This document shows, one piece after another, positions 36,415-46,648 of a stretch of DNA of 64,000 bases; the first letter of the stretch is position 1; every line of letters begins with the position of its first letter. The position numbers and the translations under genes were made by a program. Source of the DNA: Bacteroidota bacterium (GTDB lineage Bacteria > Bacteroidota > Ignavibacteria > UBA10030 > UBA8401). Under the pieces are notes generated by a model. The model saw only the letters and a list, made by a program, of their open reading frames with translations, was not told the DNA's origin and did no database searches. The stretch is taken from the NCBI GenBank assembly GCA_013361065.1, contig JABWAK010000002.1, forward strand, positions 2,273-66,272. The letters are read 5' to 3'.

Positions 36415-38781
36415 ATGCTGAAACGATCATTCTTACTCCTTCTCATTGTCATTCTCATTCCGCCCGGACTTCTCCGCGCTCAATCGGACGACAGCTGGAA
36501 GATCTATTCCGATACCTCCGTTGCCCGCATCGATATCACCATCGATCCAACAGCCCTGCAATGGATCTATGCCAATGAACAGAGCGACAGTGAACATGTC
36601 GCCTCGGTCCGCTTCCGCAACCGATGGCTGGACGAGTCGGTGGATTCCATCGGCTTCCGGCTGCGGGGCAACACCAGCAGGGCCGCGAAGAAGAAATCGT
36701 TCAAAGTGTCGTTCAATTCCTTCCTCAAAGGACGGAAGTTCCACGGCGTGGAGAAACTGAATCTGAACGGCGAGCACAACGATCCTTCCATCATCCGCAG
36801 CAAACTGTCGTTCGACATGTTCCGGGACCTCGGCATCACCGCCACGCGCGCCAATCATGCGCGGGTGTTCATCAACGGCGGATACTACGGTCTGTACGTG
36901 AACGTGGAGCATGTGGACGAGAATTTTCTGGCGCGGCGGTTCGCGGACGACGGCGGAACGCTCTGGAAATGCCTCTATCCGGCCGACCTGAAGTACCTCG
37001 GCACGGATCCCGACCTCTATAAGAAGGTGATGAACAACGCCACGACGCGTGCGTACGAACTCTCGCAGGGCACCGGGGATGATTATACGCCGCTGGCGCG
37101 CCTCATCGCCATCGTGAACAATACGACCGCCGGAGCGCTGCCCGATTCGCTGGAGAGGGTGATGGATATTCAGCGCCTGCTGCAGTACTTCGCCGTGAAC
37201 ACGCTCGTCGGCTCGTGGGATGATTACCGCTCGCTGATGAACAATTACTACCTGTACCTGGACCCGCAGACACGGAAGTTCATCGTGATCCCGTACGATT
37301 ACGACAATACCTTCGGCGTGGACTGGTTCTCGGTGAACTGGTCCGCCGCGAACCCGTACTCCTACCCGAAAGCAGCCGCCGGTTCCCGTCCGCTCTGGGA
37401 CCGGATCATCACCATCCCGCAGTACCGCGATCTGTACACGCACTTCCTCCGGTTCTCGCTCGATACGGCATACGCGCTCCGCCATTGGGAGTCCCGGCTG
37501 GACCGGCTGAAGGATTCGATCCTCTCCGCGGCACTGGAGGATACCTACCGCACGATGGACTACGGATTCACGATCGCCGATTTCATGAACTCCTTCGGGA
37601 CCGGTCCGTACTCCAAACAGCATGTGAAGATGGGACTGAAACAGTTCGTGAATGCCCGGAGCAGTTCACTTCCGGCGCAGCTCACCTCCGTCACCGCGCC
37701 GCCGATGGTGTACCGCATCGGCGTCATCCCGTCCGTCCCCTCCCCAACCGATTCATTGACGGTGCAAGCCTCCGCCTACGCTGCCATCGGTCTCCGTGCG
37801 CTCTGGGTGCAGTACACACCGGCGGGAGGAACCGCTCAGCTCCATCCCATGCAGCGCACACCGGTACCGGGCACACGGTTGGTGGAAGAGGCGGACCGCT
37901 GGACCGCAGTGCTCCCGCCGCTCGGTCCGGGCGGGAACGGCACCTTCCGCATCGTCGCGGAGGATTCTCTTTCGCAGTCCTCGGTCTTCCCGCGCAGCGG
38001 TTCCGTCCGTGTCTCCGCACCGGACCTCCCCGGCACATCGGTGGTGATCAACGAATTCATGGCGGACAACACGACCATCCCCGACCCGTCCGGACAGTAT
38101 GATGACTGGGTGGAACTGTACAATCCAACAGCGGCGGCGGTGACCATCACAGGGAAGTATCTGACGGACAAAGCGACCTCGCTCACCAAATACCGGTTCA
38201 CCCAGCCGGGCTTGAGCATCCCTCCCGGCGGTTATCTGATGGTCTGGTGCGATGAGGAGCTGACGCAGCCCGGCGTGCACGCTAACATCAAACTGAGCGC
38301 CGGCGGCGAGTTCCTTGCACTGACCGACAGCGACGGGGTGACGGTACTCGATTCCATCTCCTTCGGACCGCAGACGGCGAACATCTCGATGGGCCGGCTG
38401 CCGAACGGGAGCGGACCGTGGACCAGTATGGCTCCCACACCGCTGGCATCGAACGGCTCGGTTGCCGCAGTGGAAGGAGAGGAGATGATCCCGCGGACGC
38501 TCACACTGAGCGCCTATCCGAATCCGTTCAACCCCGTCACCACGTTCCGCTTCACGGTGCCGGCCGATGCTGTGCAGGGCGGGAGCGGCGGAACGGCACC
38601 GGTGGTGCTTGAATTGTATACCATGCTGGGAGAACGGGCTGCAACCGTGCTACAGGACCATCGTCCCGCCGGCACCTATGCCGTGGAATGGAATGCTGCC
38701 CGGTTCGCCAGCGGTGTGTACATTGCAGTGATGCGGGCCGGACCGGCTGTGCGGCAGATGAAGGTCGTCCTGCTGAAATAG
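36415..38781 (+). CDS. CotH kinase-family protein + lamin-tail domain (LTD) + T9SS C-terminal sorting domain
   Basis: Signal peptide; CotH region; LTD (INEFMADNTTIPDPSGQYDDWVELYNPT...ANIKLSAGGEFLALTD); C-terminus LSAYPNPFNPVTTFRF...VYIAVM... (T9SS CTD). Confidence 0.8.
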   Translation: MLKRSFLLLLIVILIPPGLLRAQSDDSWKIYSDTSVARIDITIDPTALQWIYANEQSDSEHVASVRFRNRWLDESVDSIGFRLRGNTSRAAKKKSFKVSFNSFLKGRKFHGVEKLNLNGEHNDPSIIRSKLSFDMFRDLGITATRANHARVFINGGYYGLYVNVEHVDENFLARRFADDGGTLWKCLYPADLKYLGTDPDLYKKVMNNATTRAYELSQGTGDDYTPLARLIAIVNNTTAGALPDSLERVMDIQRLLQYFAVNTLVGSWDDYRSLMNNYYLYLDPQTRKFIVIPYDYDNTFGVDWFSVNWSAANPYSYPKAAAGSRPLWDRIITIPQYRDLYTHFLRFSLDTAYALRHWESRLDRLKDSILSAALEDTYRTMDYGFTIADFMNSFGTGPYSKQHVKMGLKQFVNARSSSLPAQLTSVTAPPMVYRIGVIPSVPSPTDSLTVQASAYAAIGLRALWVQYTPAGGTAQLHPMQRTPVPGTRLVEEADRWTAVLPPLGPGGNGTFRIVAEDSLSQSSVFPRSGSVRVSAPDLPGTSVVINEFMADNTTIPDPSGQYDDWVELYNPTAAAVTITGKYLTDKATSLTKYRFTQPGLSIPPGGYLMVWCDEELTQPGVHANIKLSAGGEFLALTDSDGVTVLDSISFGPQTANISMGRLPNGSGPWTSMAPTPLASNGSVAAVEGEEMIPRTLTLSAYPNPFNPVTTFRFTVPADAVQGGSGGTAPVVLELYTMLGERAATVLQDHRPAGTYAVEWNAARFASGVYIAVMRAGPAVRQMKVVLLK

Positions 38782-38815
38782 ATCCTCTTCTTTTCCACTA
38801 TTGAACGGAGGCGTT

Positions 38816-39325
38816 ATGAGTCGATGGTTGTGCACCGTTGCAGCGTTTCTTCTGTTCTCCTGCGGCACGGCGGAGCCCGAGGTTCCGGCGGATCTGGAAC
38901 AGGCGGCCGCCGTGATCGAACGTTTCGCATCGCCGATGCGGCTCGGCAATTCCATGTTCGCGGCAGCATACCCGGAATGCAAAGCTACGCAGTTCGTCCA
39001 TTATCTCTTCTCGGACCTGGCCGCCGCAGAACTGCCGATCGGAGAGAGCATGGGGGATGAGATGGACCGGGCGCAGGCGCAGGCGAGCGGGATGCCGCTC
39101 TGGCCGGACAGTGTGGCGATGTCCGAACAGGTGCCGGATCCGACCGCCGGGCGGCAGATCGTCCTGACGGGCGATGATACGAAGAATACGGTCTCGATTG
39201 CACTGTACACCGACCCGAAGAGTCCGCCGGTGGCCGTCCGTGAAGTGACGGTGCCGCACGTGACCGCCAGCGAGATGGCGCAGGCGTTCTTCCGTTCCAA
39301 TGTGGAGATGGGGGCGCGGTACTGA
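38816..39325 (+). CDS. Hypothetical lipoprotein
   Basis: MSRWLCTVAAFLLFSCG lipobox. Confidence 0.45.
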   Translation: MSRWLCTVAAFLLFSCGTAEPEVPADLEQAAAVIERFASPMRLGNSMFAAAYPECKATQFVHYLFSDLAAAELPIGESMGDEMDRAQAQASGMPLWPDSVAMSEQVPDPTAGRQIVLTGDDTKNTVSIALYTDPKSPPVAVREVTVPHVTASEMAQAFFRSNVEMGARY

Positions 39326-39409
39326 CACCGATCCGGCGGGGAACACAAAGACGCGGCAGAGCGGACCGTCCGCTGCCGCTGGATGAATATTGAAAGGAAC
39401 CGTTCGGAT

Positions 39410-40678
39410 ATGAACGAACAACCGCAGCAGACCGCTTTCACCCGGTACCAGATCTTCATCATCGCCGTGCTGGCATTCATCCAGTTCACGGTGATCCTTG
39501 ATTTCATCATCGTGGCGCCGCTCGGCGCCCTGCTGATGAGCATCATGCACATCACCCCGGGGGAGTTCGGCACCATCGTCTCCGCGTACGCCTTCAGCGC
39601 CGGTCTCTCCGGATTCCTGGCGGCGGGGTTCGCGGACCGGTACGACCGGAAGCATTTCCTGCTCTTCTTCTATGCCGGCTTCATCCTCGGCACCTTCCTC
39701 TGCGGCATTGCGACCGACTACACCTTCCTGCTCGTTGCGCGCATCATCACCGGAATCTTCGGCGGCGTGATCGCCTCCGTTTCGCTCGCCATCGTGGCGG
39801 ACCTCTTCCCGCTGAACGCGCGGAGCCGGGTGATGGGATTCGTGCAGATGTCCTTCGCGGTGGCACAGGTGGCCGGCATCCCGCTCGGCGTCTATCTGGC
39901 GAACGAGTTCGGATGGCATGCGCCGTTCATGCTCATCGTCGCGATCGGCGTCCCGGCCGGCATCGCCATGATGAAGCTGGTGCGTCCCATCGACGACCAT
40001 CTCGCCGCCGGCGGAGCCTCGCATAATGCGTTCCAGCATCTCTGGCGCACCATCTCCGAGAAGCGGTACACCGCCTCGTTCTCCACGACCACCACGCTCA
40101 CCCTCGGTGGATTCCTGCTGATGCCCTTCTCCAGCGCATTCCTTGTCTATAATGTCGGCATCGCGCAGGAGCAGCTGCCGTTCGTCTTCATGGCGACCGG
40201 CATCACGACCATCATCGTGCTGCCGATCGTCGGGCGTCTCAGCGACCGCATCGGCGCGCTCCGGATGTTCACCATCGGCACGGCGATCGCCGCTGTGATG
40301 GTGGTGGTCTACACCAACATGGGCATCACACCGCTGTGGGAGGTGGTGCTCATCAACATCATCTTCTTCACCGGCATGGTCTCGCGGATGATCCCCGCTA
40401 CCACCACGATGACGGCGGTGCCGGAACTGACGGACCGCGGGGCATTCATGAGCATCAGTTCATCGCTGCAGCAGGTGTCGGGCGGGATCGCATCGGTGAT
40501 CGCCGGGATGTTCATCGGCAAAACGGCGGAGGGTGCGCTGGTGAACTACAATTATCTCGGCTATGTGACGGTGGGAATGATGATCGTCGGAGCGGTGCTG
40601 ATGGGCGTGGTGCACCGGCAGGTGCAGGCGAAAGGTGCGGCGGCAGCGGCGAATATCAGCGGAGAGGTTCACCACTAA
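39410..40678 (+). CDS. MFS transporter
   Basis: 12 TM helices; ...FADRYDRKHFLL... MFS loop motif. Confidence 0.85.
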   Translation: MNEQPQQTAFTRYQIFIIAVLAFIQFTVILDFIIVAPLGALLMSIMHITPGEFGTIVSAYAFSAGLSGFLAAGFADRYDRKHFLLFFYAGFILGTFLCGIATDYTFLLVARIITGIFGGVIASVSLAIVADLFPLNARSRVMGFVQMSFAVAQVAGIPLGVYLANEFGWHAPFMLIVAIGVPAGIAMMKLVRPIDDHLAAGGASHNAFQHLWRTISEKRYTASFSTTTTLTLGGFLLMPFSSAFLVYNVGIAQEQLPFVFMATGITTIIVLPIVGRLSDRIGALRMFTIGTAIAAVMVVVYTNMGITPLWEVVLINIIFFTGMVSRMIPATTTMTAVPELTDRGAFMSISSSLQQVSGGIASVIAGMFIGKTAEGALVNYNYLGYVTVGMMIVGAVLMGVVHRQVQAKGAAAAANISGEVHH

Positions 40679-40794
40679 GACCGTTGACGATGAGCGTGTT
40701 GAGCATGATGCCTTCCCACGCTAAGCCTAAGGATAGCATTATTCTATACGGAAAGACCCTGAAATCGCGCTGACCGGAAGAATATCGTGGCGCT

Positions 40795-40900
40795 CTTCAG
40801 GGTGACGTGCAGTGAGGTGACGCTCACCGTTTCTACGGGATACCATCCTTTGTTACAGTTCTTTCTTCTCTGTGTTCTCTGGGTCTCTGTGGTGATCGTT
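40795..40900. repeat. Intergenic repeat, locus B of the modular family
   Basis: GGTGACGCTCACC hairpin, TACGGGATACCATCC module, TTCTTCTCTGTGTTCTCTGGGTCTCTGTGGTGA module shared with 42628-42990. Confidence 0.7.
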
Positions 40901-40901
40901 C

Positions 40902-41672
40902 TTACACCAATCCCAGACTGACCGCATACCGTACCGCTTCTGCGGTGTTCTCGGTATTGGTCTTTTCCAGGATGTTGCGGCGATGATTGTTCACGGTGTT
41001 CACGCTCAGGAAGAGTTCGTCCGCCACCTGCTTGCTTCCCATTCCTTTCGACAGCATTCCGAGGATCTCGATCTCCCTTTTGGAAAGCACCGTCCGTCCG
41101 GACTCCTCATCGGAAAAGACACATTGTTTCCCCGTCCGCATGTTCACAACGCTCCGCTGCGGCGGCATCTCCTCTCCCCGCTCCGGGACGATATCGTTGA
41201 GCATCAGCATCAGCCAGATATTCCCCCGCGCATCCAGCTCCAGCGGAAGCAGCTGCTGGATGAACCGCGCATACGTTCCTTTCGCTGACCGGAGCCGGAA
41301 ATCGTAGATGATCTTATGCTCCTTCTTCTCCGCCGCCGGAAGACCGATCAGATATCCGTTCCCCCGTTGTAATGTTTCCAGAACGACAGGGATATCCTGC
41401 GGATGCATGATGCTGAAGAGTGCGCGGGGTCCCTGCTGCATGACCGTCTCCAGTTCCAGTCCGATCACCGGAAGGAACTTTGACTGGAGGAATGCATACC
41501 GCTGACGGTAGAGGTCCATCACCGCCACGGAACTGTTCTCCACCAGCGCCAGCTGACGGAGGAAGCCGAGATGCTTCTCCAGGTGGGAATAATCGATATC
41601 CCGCTCATCGAACTGCTGCAGGGAAAGGATGGAAAGATAGCGGGAAAAGAGGCGTTCGAACTCGGGGGTCAT
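40902..41672 (-). CDS. LuxR-family transcriptional regulator with N-terminal PAS-like sensor domain
   Basis: C-terminal EIEILGMLSKGMGSKQVADELFLSVNTVNNHRRNILEK (LuxR HTH). Confidence 0.8.
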   Translation of the reverse strand: MTPEFERLFSRYLSILSLQQFDERDIDYSHLEKHLGFLRQLALVENSSVAVMDLYRQRYAFLQSKFLPVIGLELETVMQQGPRALFSIMHPQDIPVVLETLQRGNGYLIGLPAAEKKEHKIIYDFRLRSAKGTYARFIQQLLPLELDARGNIWLMLMLNDIVPERGEEMPPQRSVVNMRTGKQCVFSDEESGRTVLSKREIEILGMLSKGMGSKQVADELFLSVNTVNNHRRNILEKTNTENTAEAVRYAVSLGLV

Positions 41673-41769
41673 GGCAAAATAGCGAATAATGACTATCAAC
41701 TACGCCGTTCAAGATACGTAAATTTGATACAAAAACATCCGGCTCCCCCTGAACGATGAAAGGAACACC

Positions 41770-42603
41770 ATGAAACCGACCACCCTTCTCCCGATCATCG
41801 CCGCAGCGTTGCTGGCTGCCGGCTGCACCACGGTCCAGACCCGTTACGAACAGCTCACCGCCGACGCATTGCAGCACCAAACGAATGCACCGGAACATAT
41901 CCTGACCGAACACGATCTGGCGGGATTGCCTCTCCCGGTGCAGAACTATCTTCGCTACACCGGCGCTGTCGGCCGGCCGGTACCGCAGAATATGTCAATG
42001 ACATTCGATGCGCAGATGGTCCGCAAGCGCGGGGACGAGCCGATGGAAGCAACATCGCAGCAGGTGAACATCCTCACCGACCGTACGCGCATCTTCACGA
42101 TGAAGGCGGGAATGTTCCTCGTCCCGTTCCAGGCGCTGCACGTCTACCGCGACACACAGGCCACGTTCATCGTCCGTGTGGCGAACATGTTCAACGTGGT
42201 CGACATCGCCGGTGATACGCTGACCACGGCGGAAACGGTGACGATGCTGAACGATATCTGCGTCTTCGCACCGGCATATCTCACCGCGCCGTGCTTCGCC
42301 TGGAAGGAGATCGATGCCCGTTCCGCCGGGGTGACCTTCACGAACGGACCCTACCGCGTCCGTGCAACGCTGCTGTTCAATGAGGAAGGTGCGCTGGTCG
42401 ATTTCATCTCGGACGACCGCTATGCGCTGGAAGGGGACGGAACGATGCGGAATGTGCGGTGGACGACCCCGCTCTCCGACTATCGTGAGTTCGACGGAAG
42501 GAAGATCGCCACGTATGGAGAGGCGGTGTATCACTATCCGGACGGACCGTTCGTCTACGGAACGTTCAGACTTACCGGCATCCGGTACAATGTCCGGCAG
42601 TAA
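41770..42603 (+). CDS. Hypothetical lipoprotein (DUF6544-like)
   Basis: Lipobox LLAAGC; conserved C-terminal ...PLSDYREFDG.K....EAVY.....PFVYGTF.L..I.YN. Confidence 0.5.
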   Translation: MKPTTLLPIIAAALLAAGCTTVQTRYEQLTADALQHQTNAPEHILTEHDLAGLPLPVQNYLRYTGAVGRPVPQNMSMTFDAQMVRKRGDEPMEATSQQVNILTDRTRIFTMKAGMFLVPFQALHVYRDTQATFIVRVANMFNVVDIAGDTLTTAETVTMLNDICVFAPAYLTAPCFAWKEIDARSAGVTFTNGPYRVRATLLFNEEGALVDFISDDRYALEGDGTMRNVRWTTPLSDYREFDGRKIATYGEAVYHYPDGPFVYGTFRLTGIRYNVRQ

Positions 42604-42627
42604 TGCCGCGCCGGTTGTCTTCCCTTG

Positions 42628-42990
42628 GTGAGCGTCACCAGTGACAATTGAGTTTTACGGGACGGGATACCATCCCGTCCTACAACTGGGTCGAAGCACC
42701 GCTTCGAACTACAATTTCTTCTGTGGCTCTGTGTTTTTGTGGTAACGTATATATTTGATTGCCGGCGTAAACGCCGTCCTACCGGACTTGGGTCGCAGTT
42801 TGATGCCAAGTCTCCTCCTCTTCTCTGTGCTCTCCGTGTCCTCTGTGGTGAAGTTTTCTGGACGGGATAACATCCCGTCCTACCTCTGGGTCGAAGCGGC
42901 GCATCGACGCGCATTTCTTCTTTGCGTGCTTTGCGTTCCTTGCGGTGAAGATTTTGTATGCTCGGCAACATTGCGTATCTTTCTCCTGAA
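42628..42990. repeat. Two tandem ~150-bp hairpin-rich repeat units, locus C of the modular family
   Basis: Two copies of GGACGGGATA(C/A)CATCCCGTCCTAC..CTGGGTCGAAGC.. plus GCCGGCGTAAACGCC hairpin and TCTGTG..TCTGTGGTGA module. Confidence 0.85.
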
Positions 42991-43028
42991 CACATGCCGT
43001 GACACGGCAAACACCATGGAGTGAGCGC

Positions 43029-43661
43029 ATGAAAGTCGAGATCTGGTCGGACGTGATGTGTCCGTTCTGTTACATCGGGAAACGTCATTTTGAAGCAGCA
43101 TTGCAGGAGTTCCCCGGCAGGGGTTCCGTCACGGTGGAATGGAAGAGTTTCCAGCTGAATCCCGGCATGGTCACCGATCCCTCCCGGAATATCAATCAAT
43201 ACCTGGCAGAGATCAAAGGGATCTCTCTGGAGCAGGCGCAGGCAATGAATGCGCGGGTGACCGAGATGGCGAAGGATGCGGGACTGACGTACGATTTCGA
43301 CAAAGCGATCGTCGCCAATTCGTTCGATGCGCACCGTCTCTCCCACTTCGCGAAGCGGTTCGGTACACAGGATGAGGTGGAAGAACGTCTCTTCCGCGCT
43401 TACTTCACCGAGGGGAAGAATACCGCGGACCACGACACTCTCGTGCAGCTGGCTGCGGACGCCGGACTCGATGCTGACGCAGTGCGGACGATGCTCGCCG
43501 GGAAGGACTTTGCCGAAGATGTGGAGCGGGACATCTATGAGGCGCAGCAGGTCGGTGCGCGCGGGGTGCCGTTCTTCGTGTTCGATGAGAAATACGCCGT
43601 CTCCGGCGCCCAGCCGGTGCGGTTATTCGTCCAGGTGCTGAACAAAGTGGCAGAGGGATGA
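43029..43661 (+). CDS. DsbA-family thiol:disulfide oxidoreductase (FrnE-like)
   Basis: MKVEIWSDVMCPFCYIGK (CPFC active site). Confidence 0.85.
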   Translation: MKVEIWSDVMCPFCYIGKRHFEAALQEFPGRGSVTVEWKSFQLNPGMVTDPSRNINQYLAEIKGISLEQAQAMNARVTEMAKDAGLTYDFDKAIVANSFDAHRLSHFAKRFGTQDEVEERLFRAYFTEGKNTADHDTLVQLAADAGLDADAVRTMLAGKDFAEDVERDIYEAQQVGARGVPFFVFDEKYAVSGAQPVRLFVQVLNKVAEG

Positions 43662-43755
43662 TCGGCAGCATCATCCAACGACCGAAACTGCCGGTTGATT
43701 CTTTTCCTTTTTCGTTCCATCTTTCCCCGTTTGCATGAACTTGACCGGAGGACCA

Positions 43756-44355
43756 ATGGACCAACGCATCCCCCTCACTCCCCGACGCTGGATCACCGCT
43801 TGCTTCCTTGGCTGGCTGGCCGGCATCTTCCTGGTGATCCTTACCTCCGGCACTTTCGATGCCATCGGACTGGAGGGATACCAGTTCTATCTGGGGCTCA
43901 GCATGGGGCTGAGCGTCGGCGTGCTGCAATGGCGGCTGCTGCACAGAACGCACGGCATCGGCAGTGGATGGCTGATCGCTTCCATCGTCGGTGTCGCCGT
44001 GCCGTTCCTCCTGTTCGATCTTCTGAAGAAGTACGGCGGCATGACCACCGGTCCTGAGGCATTGCAGTACAGCACCGCTCTCGGCGGCGCCGCTGCTGCA
44101 TTGTGGCAGACGCTGATACTGAGGCGGGAAGGGTTTTCCGCATCACGCTGGCTCTTCGCCGGCTGGTCCGGATGGGTGCTCGGCACGGCAACGGTGCTCG
44201 CCATCGACTATACGAAGTATCTCAGCAGCAACAATCTCGTCCTGTTCGCCCTGAACCTTCTGCTGATGATCGCCGGCGGCGCGGTCTATGGCGCCGTGAC
44301 AGCTGTTCCGTTGATCAAGATCCTTTCCTCGAAGCGGGGCGCGGCGGAGGAATAA
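43756..44355 (+). CDS. Hypothetical membrane protein (about 6 TM)
   Basis: Hydrophobic profile only. Confidence 0.4.
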   Translation: MDQRIPLTPRRWITACFLGWLAGIFLVILTSGTFDAIGLEGYQFYLGLSMGLSVGVLQWRLLHRTHGIGSGWLIASIVGVAVPFLLFDLLKKYGGMTTGPEALQYSTALGGAAAALWQTLILRREGFSASRWLFAGWSGWVLGTATVLAIDYTKYLSSNNLVLFALNLLLMIAGGAVYGAVTAVPLIKILSSKRGAAEE

Positions 44356-44364
44356 CCCGTCCGG

Positions 44365-44793
44365 TCATTCTTCCGCAAGGGCTTTCATCGTGTCCAAAAT
44401 GGAACCCCAGTTCTCCAATGAGTGCCGGTACGCTGCCTCATCGGCAAAGCCGCGCTGTTCCAGCTGCAGCAGAGAGCCGGATGGCTGCCGTACGATGGTG
44501 AACGCGATCGCGGCATAGTTCTCCGGCAGGTCCGGCAACGGCGAGAACGAGCTGTAGTAGCTGTAGGCGAAGTACTCGTTCGGCGTGTATCCGGTCACCG
44601 TCCCCTTGTCCACATACTCCGTTCCTTCCCAGACGCCGGTGAAGCGGATCGATCCTCCGGCATACGGTTCCGCGGTCATCGTCGTGCCATACAGGTAACG
44701 TTTCACCAGAATCGGGTCCGTCAGCACCAGCCAGACCTTCTCTGCCGGCGCATTGATGCGGACCTCCCGCTGCAGCACCATATCCTTGAGCAT
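44365..44793 (-). CDS. SRPBCC-superfamily protein (AHSA1/Activator of Hsp90 ATPase-like)
   Basis: ...REVRINAPAEKVWLVLTDP... fold signature. Confidence 0.7.
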   Translation of the reverse strand: MLKDMVLQREVRINAPAEKVWLVLTDPILVKRYLYGTTMTAEPYAGGSIRFTGVWEGTEYVDKGTVTGYTPNEYFAYSYYSSFSPLPDLPENYAAIAFTIVRQPSGSLLQLEQRGFADEAAYRHSLENWGSILDTMKALAEE

Positions 44794-44919
44794 TGCTTCC
44801 TCCGAACATTGATCGATGTGATGGACAAAGATACGGCATCGCGGCCGCCCTCGATTGCAAAAACGCGACAGGCTCCCTCGTGTGCTCCCATTTACAGGAA
44901 ATTTTTCCTATCCTGCCTC

Positions 44920-45720
44920 ATGATCACACGGAAACAAACACGTCCGGTCGGCATCCTCCACCGCACCCCCGTCCCGGCGGGAGCGCACTTCGAACGCTAT
45001 GAGCCTTCAACGGAGCACGTACGCGCCTTTGTGGAACATTATTGGGGCATCCGGTGGAACCTCGCCGTACCGGTCCGCCGGATGAACCTCTCCCATCCGT
45101 CCTTCCATGTTGTGATCGAACCGGGTCGATCGTTCGTGTACGGCGTCCCGTCCCGCACCTTCGAACGGGTGCTGGAGGGGAACAGCTGGGTCTTCGGCAT
45201 CAAGTTCCATCCCGGCGCTTTCCGTCCGCTGCTGAAGGGACCGGCGGCCGGCTATACGGACAGGACTGTGCGGCTCAGCAGTATCTTCGGAGCGGCCGGG
45301 ACCGGATTTCAGCGCAGCATGCTGTGGATGGAGGATGAGGAGAGCAAGATCGTTGCAGCAGAGTCCTTCCTGCGGGAAGTGCTGCCGGAACCGGATGAGC
45401 GTACCGCACTCGTCCGGAGGATCACCGGAACAGTACAGCAGGAGCGGGAGATCGTCACCGTTGAACAGATCGGCGCCCGGTTCGGATTCGGGATCCGTTC
45501 ACTGCAGCGGCTGTTCCACGATGCGGTCGGTATCACACCGAAGTGGCTCATCAAGCGGTACCGGCTGCACGATGCCGTGGAGACGATCAAGGACGGAGGC
45601 AGCATCGACTGGGCACAGCTGGCGCTCCGGCTGGGGTACTTCGATCAGGCACATTTCATCCGTGAATTCCGCACCTTCACCGGCCGTTCCCCGGCCGAGT
45701 TCGGCCGATCGGCACGATGA
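44920..45720 (+). CDS. AraC-family transcriptional regulator
   Basis: C-terminal HTH_AraC ...SLQRLFHDAVGITPKWLIKRYRLHDAVETI...AQLALRLGYFDQAHFIREFRTFTGRSPAEF; the longer ORF start at 44422 is antisense to 44365-44793 and rejected. Confidence 0.8.
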   Translation: MITRKQTRPVGILHRTPVPAGAHFERYEPSTEHVRAFVEHYWGIRWNLAVPVRRMNLSHPSFHVVIEPGRSFVYGVPSRTFERVLEGNSWVFGIKFHPGAFRPLLKGPAAGYTDRTVRLSSIFGAAGTGFQRSMLWMEDEESKIVAAESFLREVLPEPDERTALVRRITGTVQQEREIVTVEQIGARFGFGIRSLQRLFHDAVGITPKWLIKRYRLHDAVETIKDGGSIDWAQLALRLGYFDQAHFIREFRTFTGRSPAEFGRSAR

Positions 45721-45815
45721 ACCTGCCGGTCCATGCTGGACAGGCGTTGTGCGATTCTCTATATTGAGTCGTTCTTACAGATCAACCACTCTTCACTCCC
45801 AACGGGCACAGACAT

Positions 45816-46193
45816 ATGAAACGCAGCCTCCTTCCCATCCTTGCCGCAGCAGCATGGATCGGTATCTCGGAATTCGTCCGCAACCAGTTCCTGCTCCGAT
45901 CGTATTGGACGGACCATTACAGCAGAATGGGACTCACCTTCCCCGCCGATCCGGTCAACGGAGCTGTGTGGGGGATCTGGTCGCTGCTGTTCGCCGGTGT
46001 TATCTTCGTCCTGCGCTCGCGGTTCGATCTGCGCGAGACATTCGTCCTCTCCTGGTTCATCGGTTTCGTGATGATGTGGGTGGTGATCGGCAATCTCGGC
46101 GTGCTTCCGTTCGGCATTCTGCCGTATGCACTGCCGTTGAGCATGGTGGAAGCGTTCGGGGCGGTGTGGATCGTTGGGAAACTCAAAGAATGA
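45816..46193 (+). CDS. Small hypothetical membrane protein
   Basis: Signal/TM segments. Confidence 0.4.
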   Translation: MKRSLLPILAAAAWIGISEFVRNQFLLRSYWTDHYSRMGLTFPADPVNGAVWGIWSLLFAGVIFVLRSRFDLRETFVLSWFIGFVMMWVVIGNLGVLPFGILPYALPLSMVEAFGAVWIVGKLKE

Positions 46194-46620
46194 TAATTAT
46201 CAAGATTGAAAGATTATCAAGATTACAAGATTCAAAAAAACGGAAACACATAGAAACAGAGGAAGCATAGAAGAACAGTAAAGCAATTGAAAGATTATCA
46301 AGATTACAAGATTATCAAGATGGCAAGATTCAAATAGCGGAAACACATCGGAACATAGGAAACATAGAAGAGCGGAAATGCGATTGAAAGATTATCAAAA
46401 TTGCAAGATTCAAAAACGGAAACACATAGGAACATAGGAAACATAGAAGAACGGTAAAGCAATTGAAAGATTATCAAGATTACAAGATTCAAAAAACGGA
46501 AACACATAGAAACATAGGAAACATAGAAGAGCGGAAAAGCAATTGAAAGATTATCAAGATTACAAGATTCAAAAAACGGAAACACATAGAAACATAGGAA
46601 ACATAGAAGAGCGGAAAAGC
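46194..46620. repeat. AT-rich tandem repeat: 5 copies of a ~80-bp unit directly upstream of the MDR dehydrogenase gene
   Basis: Unit GCAATTGAAAGATTATCAAGATTACAAGATTCAAAAAACGGAAACACATAGAAACATAGGAAACATAGAAGAGCGGAAAA; copies 4 and 5 identical; internal CAAGATT and GAAACATA sub-repeats. Confidence 0.95.
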
Positions 46621-46648
46621 GAAAACATTGAATGAAGGATGGACCACG

